From: Blastocystis sp. Blastoise
Lineage: Eukaryota > Protista > Bigyra: Opalinata
Assembly: GCA_039096225.1 (NCBI GenBank)
Contig: JBBPEB010000032.1
Location: 62,001 to 126,000 of the forward strand
Direction of reading: 5' to 3'
DNA length: 64,000 bases
Shown here piece after piece: positions 15,622 through 27,000 of the stretch; positions within the stretch are counted from its first letter, which is position 1; each line of letters starts with the position of its first letter. Made by a program: the position numbers and the translations under genes. The notes beneath the pieces were generated by a model, which was not told the DNA's origin, ran no database searches, and was given only the letters and a program-made list of their open reading frames with translations.

Positions 15622-18600
15622 ATCCCCAATTATTTCATTATTATTATTAGTATTAATAGTATTTCTATTAATATCATCATTCTTTAATACAGTAGATATA
15701 TCATTATTCCATTCATCATCATTATTATCTATAAACATATCATCATGACCATGAGATAATTTTGAAAGAGGAAGAGAATTATTAGTAGTAGTATATATAT
15801 TAGTATCTTCATTTAAATCAGCTCTTACATTAGCTATAGCATTAAATGATTCTTCAATTGATCCATTATTCATTACATTATATTTATAATCATCATATTC
15901 ATTCTGAACATCAGCATATTCTTGTTCTAATTCTTTATATTGTTTATATTGTTCATTTAATGTGTCCTCTAATGTTTTATTCTTCTCTTCTAAACTCATT
16001 CTTATAACTTTTAATTCATTATAATCTCGAGTTATATCACATACCTCACCTTCTAATTTATCTATAGAGATACGATAATTGTCACAAGTCTTTTCTAAAT
16101 TCATTTTCATATCCAATAAATCATTATAACTCTCTTGAACTGAAAGTAACTCCTTATTCCTTTCTTCCAACATACGCTTTAATTCACTATATTGGCTACT
16201 TAACGATAAAGTATCATTCTTCTTTATTTTTAGAGTATTCGGATCAATAGCATCTGTATCATAAATTCCTTCTTCTAATAATAAAGTATATTTCTTATTT
16301 AATTCTTCTAATTTCTTATCAGAATCAACTTTTATTTTCAATATATCAGAATTCTTCTTCTCTAAAACTAGAGTATATTCCTTCTTCAAATTTTCTATTT
16401 CTTTCTTTAATCGAATATTTTCTAATTCAAGATCATTTTTAGATATATTTGTATCTTCATGTTTAGATTCTGTAGTCTCACCAGTATCATCATAAAACAT
16501 ATGATTCATTATGTTTATATCATCTTCTGATAATAAATACTTCTTGGCATCATTCGTATATTGTGACTATAGAAAAAAATAATTAATATATTATAAATAT
16601 ATTTAATATATATATATAATTTATAATAATAAAAATATAATAATAATATATATATATATATACCATAGAATTTATATTTGTATGAAAAGGTTTAATTCCC
16701 GTTATTAATCCTTCTTTTGAATTATATTCACAGCCCATAATCGAATGACAATCTTTCATATTTTGTTTAAAGATAAAAGTAGTAGAATCATAATATTCAT
16801 TCTTCTTCAAACTTTCAGAAGTATAGATTTCTATAGTCGTACATAATAAATATTCATCATTATCTAAAAATATATCTTCTTTTTCTTTAATATTATTTAT
16901 ATTCGTATTTTCATCATTAGTATTATTATTCATTGGCTCTAATTCATTTTCATTATTATTATCTAATATTTCTTTTTCATTATTATTATCTAATATTTCT
17001 TTTTCATTATTATTATCTAATATTTCTTTTTCATTATTATTATCTAATATTTCTTTTTCATTATTATTATCTAATATTTCTTTTTCATTATCAATTGAAT
17101 TCACCATTTGAATCGTATTATCAATAAGTGAATTTATTATTTCTGAAATAATGATGTTTTTATCTTTTTCTTCTTCTTCTTCGACACTAGTTTTCTTCTC
17201 ATTAGTAGTTATAGGAATAATATCACTAGAAGAAAGAGTAGTAGAACTACAAGTCGAACAAGAATCAATATTTTTATCTTCAGAAATATCTTCAGATACT
17301 TCAATACTATCCTTTAAAGAGATATTATTATTAGCTATAACACTTATATCAGTAGCTATACTATTATCTTCTAAAGAAATATTCATATTCGTTATAATAT
17401 TCTTCTCTGTTATACTATTATCATCTATAGACATAATATCATTATTAGCTATAACACTTATATCAGTAGCTAAACTATTATTATCTATAGACATAATATC
17501 ACCAGAATCACAAGTAATAACAGAAGAAGGCTCAGCAGATGGGGTGACATCTGTAAGCATAACAATATTCATATCAGTATTAACAGCATCTTGAAGAGCT
17601 GGAATAACAGCAATGTTATCTGTAGGTATAACAGTATTTATATCATTACTAGCAATAGTATTATTTATATCATTATTATTAATATCATTATTAACAATAT
17701 CATTAGAATTAACAGTGATGTTGTCTGTAGGTAGGTCAGTATTAACAGAATTAGCATCAACAATAGGAGTAACAGTAGAGAGAGAAGTAATCTCATCAGT
17801 AACAGAAATAAATGGAGCAGTAGCCAAAGGAGCTATAAAAGCAGAAGGAGCAATAGGAGCTGAAGGAGCAGCAGCAATAGGAAGAGGAACAACAGGAGCC
17901 ATAGCTTCTTCGAAAGAAACACGATCAGCAATGGCATCAACAAGAGTAATACTATCTATAATAGGAGCAACACTAGTATCTATAGTATTAGAAGGACAAA
18001 TAGTGTCAACAACACTCACTTTGTCATTAAGAGATACTTTACTATTTTCAGCATTATTATCAATAGTAACAGTATTCTCAGCAGCAATTTCAGTAGCTTT
18101 TTCATTAGCTACAGCAGGAGTAACAGCAATAGTATCGATAGTATCTACAATAGAACTATCATCAGCAATAGTATCGATAGTATCTACAATAGAACTATCT
18201 TCAGCAATAGTATCGATAGTATCTACAATAGAACTATCATCAGCAATAGTATCGATAGTATCTACAATAGAACTATCATCAGCAATAGTATCGATAGTAT
18301 CTACAATAGAACTATCATCAGCAATAGTATCGATAGTATCTACAATAGAACTATCTTCAGCAATAGTATCGATAGTATCTACAATAGAACTATTATCAGC
18401 AATAATAGTACATTCAACATCTACTACAGAATTAGTAGAAACAAAAACCTCATCTTCAGTATTTTTAGTATTTTCAATAGCAACAGCAATTTTATCTTCA
18501 GAGGCATCATCAAGAACAGTTATAAGAGAATTTGTAGCTGTAGAAGCTTTAATAGATTCAAATTCAGTATTTTCAACGGTATTTTCTTTATTATTTTCAA

Positions 18601-20101
18601 TAGCAACAACTTTATTTTCATCAGCAACATCTTCTATAGCAATTTCATCATTTTTAACAGCATTCATAGCATTCTCAGCAACAACTTCAGCAACATTCTC
18701 AACATCACTTACAGTGTTAACAGAAATAACACTTTCTAATTCACTTTTAACAATAGCTCCAGCATTGGTATCTGAAATAAAAGCATCTTCAGCAATAATT
18801 TCAACAGCAGCAACAACATCACTCACATTAACATCAGAAGAAGTATCTGGAGCAACAGAAATATCATTATAAGCATCTGGAACAACAGTAGTTTCATCAA
18901 TAGGTTGATCATTGACATCAACATCAACACTATCATCCACAATATCACTAATAGCATCAGCAACATCATCAGAAACATCAGCAGCATCAACATCACCAAT
19001 GGTTTCAACAAAAGAAACACTTTCTACATTTTCAACAGCAACATCAGGAACAGCAACAGCTTCATCGACCTTCTCAATAGATTCTACATCATTAGTATCG
19101 ACATTAGAAACAGTTATAACATTATCGATAATGTCTTCTAGAAGATCAGCAATAATTGTATAGCTATCTTCCTCAATAGTAGTTTCTTCATGGATATCAT
19201 CATCAATATTTTCTATAGAATTAGAGCCAGTAACAATAGCATCGTTAGTATCCATACTAATAGCATCATCTCTATTTTCTATATCATTAATAGAATTAAT
19301 AGAAAGAGATTCAATATTAGCAACAACAATATTGACCATATCAGCAACAACACTAGCAATGATTTCTTCATTATCACCTACAGATTCATTCTGATCAATA
19401 TCGATATCGATATCGATATCAACAGAATTACTCAATAATGTTTGATATAATCCACATAACTTATGGAAATCTATCAAGATAGACTCAATGGTTTCTTTAT
19501 CAATATTGTTTTCGATAAGATTACTTTCTAAATCATGTTTAGACTTTATTTCATCCTTATCTTCACAATTTAAATAGTTTACAATAATGGACTGACCTAC
19601 ATTACCATATTTTAAACTGTCTACCTTCGAATAATTCTCTATCATATCTATATAACTAGTAAAAACATCATCGTTATCTTTAGATATAGAATTATTCTTT
19701 AGACTTTGTAAAAAGTCTATACTATTTCGACCAAATGGGATATCAGTCATTCGTAATTTCGAATTAGATATATCCAATACATTCTTAGGAATAGTTTGCG
19801 AACCATCAATACATGGAGATACAGCAATACCTTCTACAATACTTCTGATCTCACTTGTACCAACATTATCTTGTACAGGGAGACTATCTGACACTTCACC
19901 ATCATTTAATCTTTTTGGAGACAAAGAGGTATCAGGCAATCCAGTACTTAGATTATCAGCGTTAGGTACAAAGAACGACGTCTTTATATCACAAATCGAT
20001 TCTCCTGAACTAGAGGAGCTAGAGCTTTCTGATTGTCGACCAACTGAAGAACCAGTTGGACAACTATCTAACTTAGTTTTCGATAAATCAATTCCGTTCA
20101 T
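3058..20101 (-). CDS. Giant low-complexity/coiled-coil protein, 2 exons (20101-16664, 16566-3058), ~5,648 aa to the first TAA
   Basis: ORFs 16583..20101 and 3058..16509 join in frame through a 97-nt GTATAT...CTATAG intron (16663-16567): ...NINSM|SQYTNDAKKYLLSEDDINIMNHMF. Long heptad-repeat, N/D/E-rich and tandem-repeat blocks. No catalytic motif recognised. Confidence 0.8.
6400..7600 (-). repeat. 42-nt (14-aa) coding repeat EDLSTxNNTLxxKx, in two blocks
   Basis: Recurring agataaatcttc... every 42 nt at ~6400-6830 and ~7170-7600. Confidence 0.85.
16947..17090 (-). repeat. 27-nt coding tandem repeat (EKEILDNNN x5)
   Basis: ttttcattattattatctaatatttct repeated. Confidence 0.9.
18124..18403 (-). 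repeat. 39-nt near-perfect coding tandem repeat (DSSIVDTIDTIA[D/E] x7)
   Basis: cagcaatagtatcgatagtatctacaatagaactat... recurs at 18124, 18163, 18202, 18241, 18280, 18319 and 18358. Confidence 0.95.
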
Positions 20102-20846
20102 CGTCTATTTCACTTGCAGACGTAACTTTCTACTTAGATAATCGAATTTACAACGAATAAAGGCTCTTTATCAATTTGTAAACAAACAAATTATTAATGT
20201 TTACTCCAACCTCAAATTTTATCAATCATCGAATGAACCAATGAAATCAAGCAAAAATTTAAGCAGTGTTTCTCTATACAAATCATAGAAAAAAATAGTT
20301 GTCGTCTGAATATTTTTCTTGCAGAAATATTTCTAATTAAGTCATTATGAAAAGAACTGAAATTTTCATCGAGAAGATTCTATTTTTGAAATTCCCGTGA
20401 TTATAAATTATTGATTTTTATACAATTTTTCCCACGGTTATCTAATTCTAGCTTGATCAAGTTTTTAGTACAATAATCATAAACATCAAGTAGGGTTTTT
20501 TTTTCTGGCTTTATTAATACTTGTCAGAGATTCATTCATCTTTATTAAACATTTCTTTTTTAAATATTTATTTCTTAATATTTTATGATTGTCTACTGTA
20601 TCTTATAACTTATATCTTTTTCTATAATACTTGTGCGAAATTCGCCATGTGTAGGTTTGTGTACATTTCTAAATTTACTACAAACACTTTAGAAACAATC
20701 ATATAGACTATCTAGTATCGAACTAACTAGTGTAAAGTGTCTAATTATCATTTAAACAATGAATCCTTAGTGTTACTTTTTTTAACTAGAAAAACACAAT
20801 CTTCGTTTCAGAGATAGAATAACTCTACCGTGAATATCAATATCAA

Positions 20847-22107
20847 CTAATCACTCAACATCACATACTGAGATGATCCAAAATACTTCGGCAACACTAA
20901 ATCGTATTTTTTCATCAAATCGCTAAAAATCAAGGGACATAACTTTAATGAATTTCGTGTTTTATAGCATATTTATATACCTAGGTACGAAACGGCCACC
21001 TAACGCATGGAATGATCCCTTAAAAAATTGTGAACAAGGTTTTGGACACGTCAATGAAATTAACATATCAGGAGATTGGACACATTTATTTGATAATGGA
21101 CCTATATATAATTTTTACGATAATACATTTTTTTTTTAAATAAATTTAAAATTTCTTTAAAAAAATTAAAAACTAATGAATTGATTACGTATATCAACTA
21201 ATATTAAACTATAATATATACCTTGATCGACATCCCATCCTGATGGTACATCAATTGATACTATAGGAATTGATGATTCATTAATTGTCGATATGATCTC
21301 ATCAAATGGTGAACGTGGAATTCCACTAAAACTAAAGCCAAATATTCCATCAACAATAAGTTGGAACTGACTACGAATGCAATCCCTAAATAACAAAAAG
21401 TGATTAAAACAAGAAAACACGTAAAAAAATATCTTCAAAAAAAAGGAGTTATTTAAGATATCAAAAAGATATGGTTCAAATATATATAAATATATATACA
21501 TTGAAGGAATTTCGGTGATAAAAGGAACATGAAGTGAGTTTAATTGATAAACTAGATTCTAGTTTTAATATATATATATAATTTTATAATATATACACTT
21601 ATACATTAGATAATTATATATATTAAATATTTATAGAAGCAAAAAGAAAAAGATAATATACATTAAATAGTTGTTCTTGATTTCCTTTTTTTTGCTTTGG
21701 ATACAGAATTTGTGGATTATATCCAAAATGCTATATAATGTAAGAATATTTATATAAATAAATTTAAAATAAAAAAATAATAATATACTTTTAAGTGTCG
21801 TGCTGCAACCAGTCCATCTCCACTACAAAGAGAATATTTATAATAAATTAAATATAAAATAATCTAGATACCCATTATTTCCAGGACCGCAGATAACAAG
21901 AACGTTTTTATAAGTATTTGAATCATAGCAATGTTCAATTGCAGATGCAACACTTAAACCTGCTAGTTCCATCAGTTGATCGATACTAAATCCAGGAACA
22001 GACATTAACTCTTTGTCTAATGCAATTGCTAGAGACTGACTCAAATACTACACACATTATGAAGTTTATCCTTCGTGATATACTTTCATAGATATTTTAG
22101 AAGCCAT
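20847..22107 (-). CDS. NAXE: NAD(P)H-hydrate epimerase (YjeF N-terminal family), multi-exon
   Basis: Spliced protein MASKISMK|[15 protein letters not shown]...[15 protein letters not shown]...[17 protein letters not shown]...[10 protein letters not shown]...[11 protein letters not shown]...LISLTCPK...LGGRFVP...TAG. All introns are GT-AG. Confidence 0.95.
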
Positions 22108-22285
22108 AAACAAAGATGTCAAACAAATATATATAGAGAAGAAAAATGATACTCACAATTAAGAGGGAATACTGAACAAGAAAAGAAAAACTACGAAATA
22201 ATCGTGAGAATTCTTATTCGACATATGTTTTTGTTCAAACTGTTGTTTTTATTATTATTTTGTTTGTAAATAAGTAATATAAAGT
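22108..22285. promoter_or_regulatory. Compact bidirectional promoter between NAXE and ELF1
   Basis: Only 178 bp separate the divergent ATGs. Confidence 0.55.
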
Positions 22286-22723
22286 ATGGGTAAGCGAAAG
22301 AAGGCACAAAAGAAGGTTGTGAAGCGAGTAGTTCCTAAGCTTGCTCAAGTTTTTGATTGTCCATTATGCAATCAACTCAAATGTTGTAATTGCAAGATTG
22401 ATTATATGTCTGGTGTAGCAACAATTGAATGCACTGAATGTGGTCAAAGTCATAGATGCAAAGCAACAAGTATATAATTCATTTTAGTCTATTATTTGTA
22501 TATGAAAACAAACAATCGTATTGCTTTTATTTTAATAAATCTTAACATTATTTTAGTTATATTTTGTATAAAAGAATAGAAACATTTTTATTTGCTTTTA
22601 TATATAGATTTAACTCAAGGTGTAGATGTATATGCCGACTGGATCGATAATTTAGAAATAGCTAATAATGGAATTGAAGAATATCCATTACAAGAGCAAT
22701 CAGATGGTGAGTATAGCTCTTAG
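22286..22723 (+). CDS. ELF1: Transcription elongation factor 1 homologue (zinc ribbon), 2 exons
   Basis: MGKRKK...FDCPLCN...CTECG...|NLTQGVDVYADWID; intron 22470-22607. Confidence 0.93.
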
Positions 22724-24092
22724 TTTTACAACTGTTTTTAGTTTATTTGATAAATCATTTATAAGTTTGTTTTTTCAATTATTTCTTTTTTCAATTTTGC
22801 TTTTAAAGATTTTAATCATAATAGTATATGTATTGTTCTTACTTTAGACTCAATGATTTTTGTTTGTATATAAAAAATGTTAATCATTTGAAATGATATA
22901 ATTAATTAATGAATAAAAGTTGTCAAGTTTATGTATATAATAATCTACTTACATCATTCAACATCATTTCACAAATCTAATTCACAAAAATTATTAAATA
23001 TTTTTCAAAAATTCTTTTGAAGAAAAAATGTTCATTTATTAATACTTTTTTTATTCATATTTTGCTTTATAATTTAAAAAAAATAGTTTAAAAATTGATA
23101 ATGTATGTATTTTCACACACACTGCACGAATTCGATATTCAAAGACTCGATCACTATTAATGAAGTGAAATTAAAAATTTTGATTAGTTACTTTTTATTT
23201 AAAAAAACTTGAAATATAATTATATGTGCTTCTATACTTTAACAGTGAGTCAATAACTTTAAAAACTCGTACTCCATTTGTAAATATACGATTACAAAAC
23301 AATTTAACAATCATATAAATAATATACAGTACTATAGCATTTTCCTCTTCCTCTCTCTCTCATAAACCTCAAGTATTTATTGAAGCGAAATGGAAGTAAT
23401 TCTCAAAAATGCTAAAAATGAAAAGCCAAATAACGTTTTACTATATCAAATATGAATCTTAAAAGAAAACAGAAATGAATTTAAAATTGCTTCGTTTTCA
23501 CATATTTAAAAGGTACTCAACAAGCAAAATCTCTTTTTATTCAGAATAATAAGAGTTCTATCTAAAATGGAGATCTTTTTTAAAAGAATAAAACCTCGCC
23601 AAAATTCTATCTTAATCGGAGCAGTCATGGTGCCAAACAGGCTCGAATGATCCGCTATAAACGCTAAGAGGGTTGAGTCTAAGTTATTCTTAAACTGACA
23701 AAGGTCTGTGTCATTTAAGATGAAGAATATGATTGGTTCACAAAGATTAACCAATAATTTGTTTTTTAATAAATAATCCCTAAATATCTTAAAAAAAGAT
23801 TTTAGGCTAAATACCGAAAGGGATGGTGGGGTTGACTTTAAGTGCGTCACTTGAATATTGATTAAACGAATCAGAGGTCTTTTGATAGTTTATACAATTT
23901 AAATGGTTCAAAATGCTAGTTGACCAATAGAATCTCATTTTTATAGTCATTCTGGAATTCAATCGTATGATAATGAAGCAGTGGAATTGGAAATCATGGA
24001 TTAATGGTAGAACTCGGTCAATCTTTTATGCAAAGGAATCCAGAATTTCAACTCAAGCACTTTCATACTTTTTTTTATTCTTACTCTACAAC

Positions 24093-27000
24093 ATGAGAAG
24101 TGTTTTATTCGTTCTTTTGTCTGTACTTTTCATTTATACTGGTATATATATATATATATATTCCATTGGGTTTTTTAATTGTCTATATAATCACCACATC
24201 TCATTTCTACACATTATTTATGAATATATAAATTATAGCAAGTGCTCAATGTACTGCTCCTCAGTCTGCATTTACTGTATCAAGAAAATTATCAAACTGG
24301 CCTTATGAAGAAAAATGGTCCATTTATCAAGGTACTGATATCACTAGTACTGGTATCCTTGCTTTTGCAGGTCCTGATATTGCTTCTGGAACAACAGGAA
24401 CTAAGACATATGAGGTTTGCCTTGAATATAATGTTCAATATACTTTAGCTCTTTGGGATACTTATGGTGATGGTTGGAGTAGTGGTTCTACTATTAGTAT
24501 TAGTGTTGGAAGTATTGTTTTCTTAACTGAAACATTAAAGTCTGGTGAAGCTGGTGCTAATGTTAAAAAAAGCATTCCATTTATTTGTATGTTTCTATAT
24601 GAATTATATTATATCTAATTAAATATATTAATTATATAGTAAGTCTTGCTGTTGCTCCTAGTGCTACTTGGAAGACTACTACTGCTCCTCAAGTTGGTAA
24701 TTCTTGGACTCAAATGGCTTTTGCTGATACTACTTGGGTTCCTCTTGCTTCTGGTTCTTTCCCTGTTATTACTACTACTACTCGTTATTATAGATATACT
24801 ACTACTATTACTGAAACTGGATTCTATGCTTTAGGTCTTTTCTTTAAGATGAATTCTGGTTTCATTATTTATGTTAATGGTCAAGAAGCTGCCCGTGTTG
24901 GCTTACCAGCGTATGCTTTTTTTTATTTATTATATATTTATTATATATATATTTATTATATATTTATTTATTATATATGTATTTATTATATATTATATTT
25001 ATTATATTTTTATTTATTATATTTTTATTAATTATATATGTATTTATTATATTTATAGTGGAGCTGTTGATTCTAATACTGCTTCTTTAACTGCTGAAAC
25101 TACTGCTACTTACAAGAAGTATATATATAATATAATATTACTATATATTCTATTACTTTCATTATTATACATTTATATATATATATATGCATAATAAACT
25201 ATTCTAATATATATAGTTTTGCTGTTCCTGCTGCTACTTATTTAACTGTTGGTACTTCTGTAACTATAGCTATTGAAGTTCACTCTCATGCTTCTCAATT
25301 AAATACTGCTGACGAATTCACTTTCTTAGCTAGAACTGCTAATGATAGTGGCTTTGTCGTTGGTAATGGTGGTACTGCTGTTCCCACTTTAGATAATGCT
25401 TCTGCTACTGAAAATTGTGCTAAAGCTTTTGATGATAATTTAAGTACTAAATTTTTATTTGATGCTACTGCTAATACTGTTATTTATACTCTTCCTGGAG
25501 GTATGAAAACTTGGTTTAATGGTTATCGTTTTGTTTCTGGTAACGATATGCAAACTAGAGATCCTAGAAGCTGGAAAATCTATGGTTCTGAAGATAATGG
25601 TGTTACTTGGAACTATCTTGATGGTATTACTGGAAATATCTTTAGTATTCGATCTACTTCGTATAATTTCTATTTACCTTCTAACAGAAAATCTTTCAAT
25701 CAAATTAAAATTGAATTTTTAACAAATAATGGAGCTACTGCTACTCAATTTACTGAATTTTCTTTAATGGCCTATAAAAAGGCTCTTCTTAATCCTGGTC
25801 TTCAATATACTTCTAATACTATTACTTCTACTACTAATGTTGAAGTCTCACTTGCTCCTATTTCAAGTGGTATTCATACTTATACTGTAACTCCTGCTTT
25901 CCCTAGTGGATTATATCTTAATGCTGATACTGGTGCTATTTATGGTTCTACTGATGTTCCTCAAAATAATGTTGCTTATACTATTAGTGCTATTGATGGT
26001 GCTACTAATGCTGCTACTACTGCTGTCATCACATTAAATATTATTGGATGTCTTCAACCTGCTATGGCTCAAGTTACATTCCGTAAAGTTGAAAAGAGTT
26101 CTTCTACTGATGAACGTGTTATTGTTTATTCTGAAACAAATACTCAAATTGCTACAATTCAAGGTGTTAATTCTGGTGCTGAACAAAAATCTACTGTTTG
26201 TGAACCTGCTGGTCGTTGGAAGTTTGTACTTTTTGATGATGGTAATAATGGTTGGGGAAAAGGTGCTTATCTTGATGTTTCATTAAAATATAATTATAAT
26301 ACTGAACATAGAATTGCTCGTTTATATTTATTAGCTGGTACTACTGCTACTTATTATGTTAATACTCGTCTTGATGTTGGTCCTAAATCTGGTTGGAAAT
26401 ATCAACAAGGTGCTCCTACTGATGTTAATTGGAAGACTGCTCTTTATTCTGATGCTGCTTGGCAAACTTTAACTTATAATCCTCTTGTTTCTGTTACTCA
26501 AAATATTATTCTTCTTAGAAAAACTTTTACTATTACTTCTAAGACTAATATGGTTGGTTGGGAATTATACTTTAAATCTAAAGCTGGTAGTGTTATTTAT
26601 GTTAATGGTAATGAAGTCTATAGATATAATGTTGTTGCTGGTGAAGTTAATGCTGCTACTATTGCTACTGGTGGTGATAATTCTTTCTTATGGAGATCTG
26701 TATCGGGTCCTATGACTACTCTCTCTAATGGTAATTCTGTTACTGTAGCTATTGCTCTTGTTAATCTTGGTACTGCTGCTTATGAACTTGATTTTGATGG
26801 TTTATTCCATCTTCTTGGCGATTCTAATGTCATTCAAAATGCTTCTGGTGGTACTTATGATTCTAGTGGTGTTTTCTCTGATGGTAATCCTGCTTATCTT
26901 TTTGATTCTAATCCTGAAACTCGTTGGATTACTCCTTCTCATGATTCCATTAGTGAAAGATGGGTTTCCGTTCAATTTAATAATAAGAGAGCTATTTATA

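Noticed and set aside
18124-18403. Regular 39-nt repeats resembling a CRISPR array
   Set aside because: The units are contiguous with no unique spacers, in frame within a eukaryotic CDS, and there are no cas genes.
17613-18872. 419-aa plus-strand ORF, and many similar I/L-rich short ORFs across the window
   Set aside because: These are antisense or alternate-frame shadows of repetitive, codon-biased genes or of (AAT)n/(TA)n runs.
20181-20190. TGTTTGTT (Blastocystis polyadenylation/stop-creation motif) on the minus strand
   Set aside because: It lies upstream of the giant gene and ~660 nt past the NAXE stop. Every gene I reconstructed has a genome-encoded stop, so there is no evidence here of poly(A)-created stops.
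23506-23850. 114-aa minus-strand ORF
   Set aside because: It has a non-ATG start, atypical codon usage and no recognisable motif. The region is reported instead as a possible structured RNA or promoter.
24353-24361. GTATCCTT U12-like donor in adhesin exon 2 (also on the minus strand near 34385)
   Set aside because: Both lie within open, sensible coding frames, and no matching branch or acceptor is needed.
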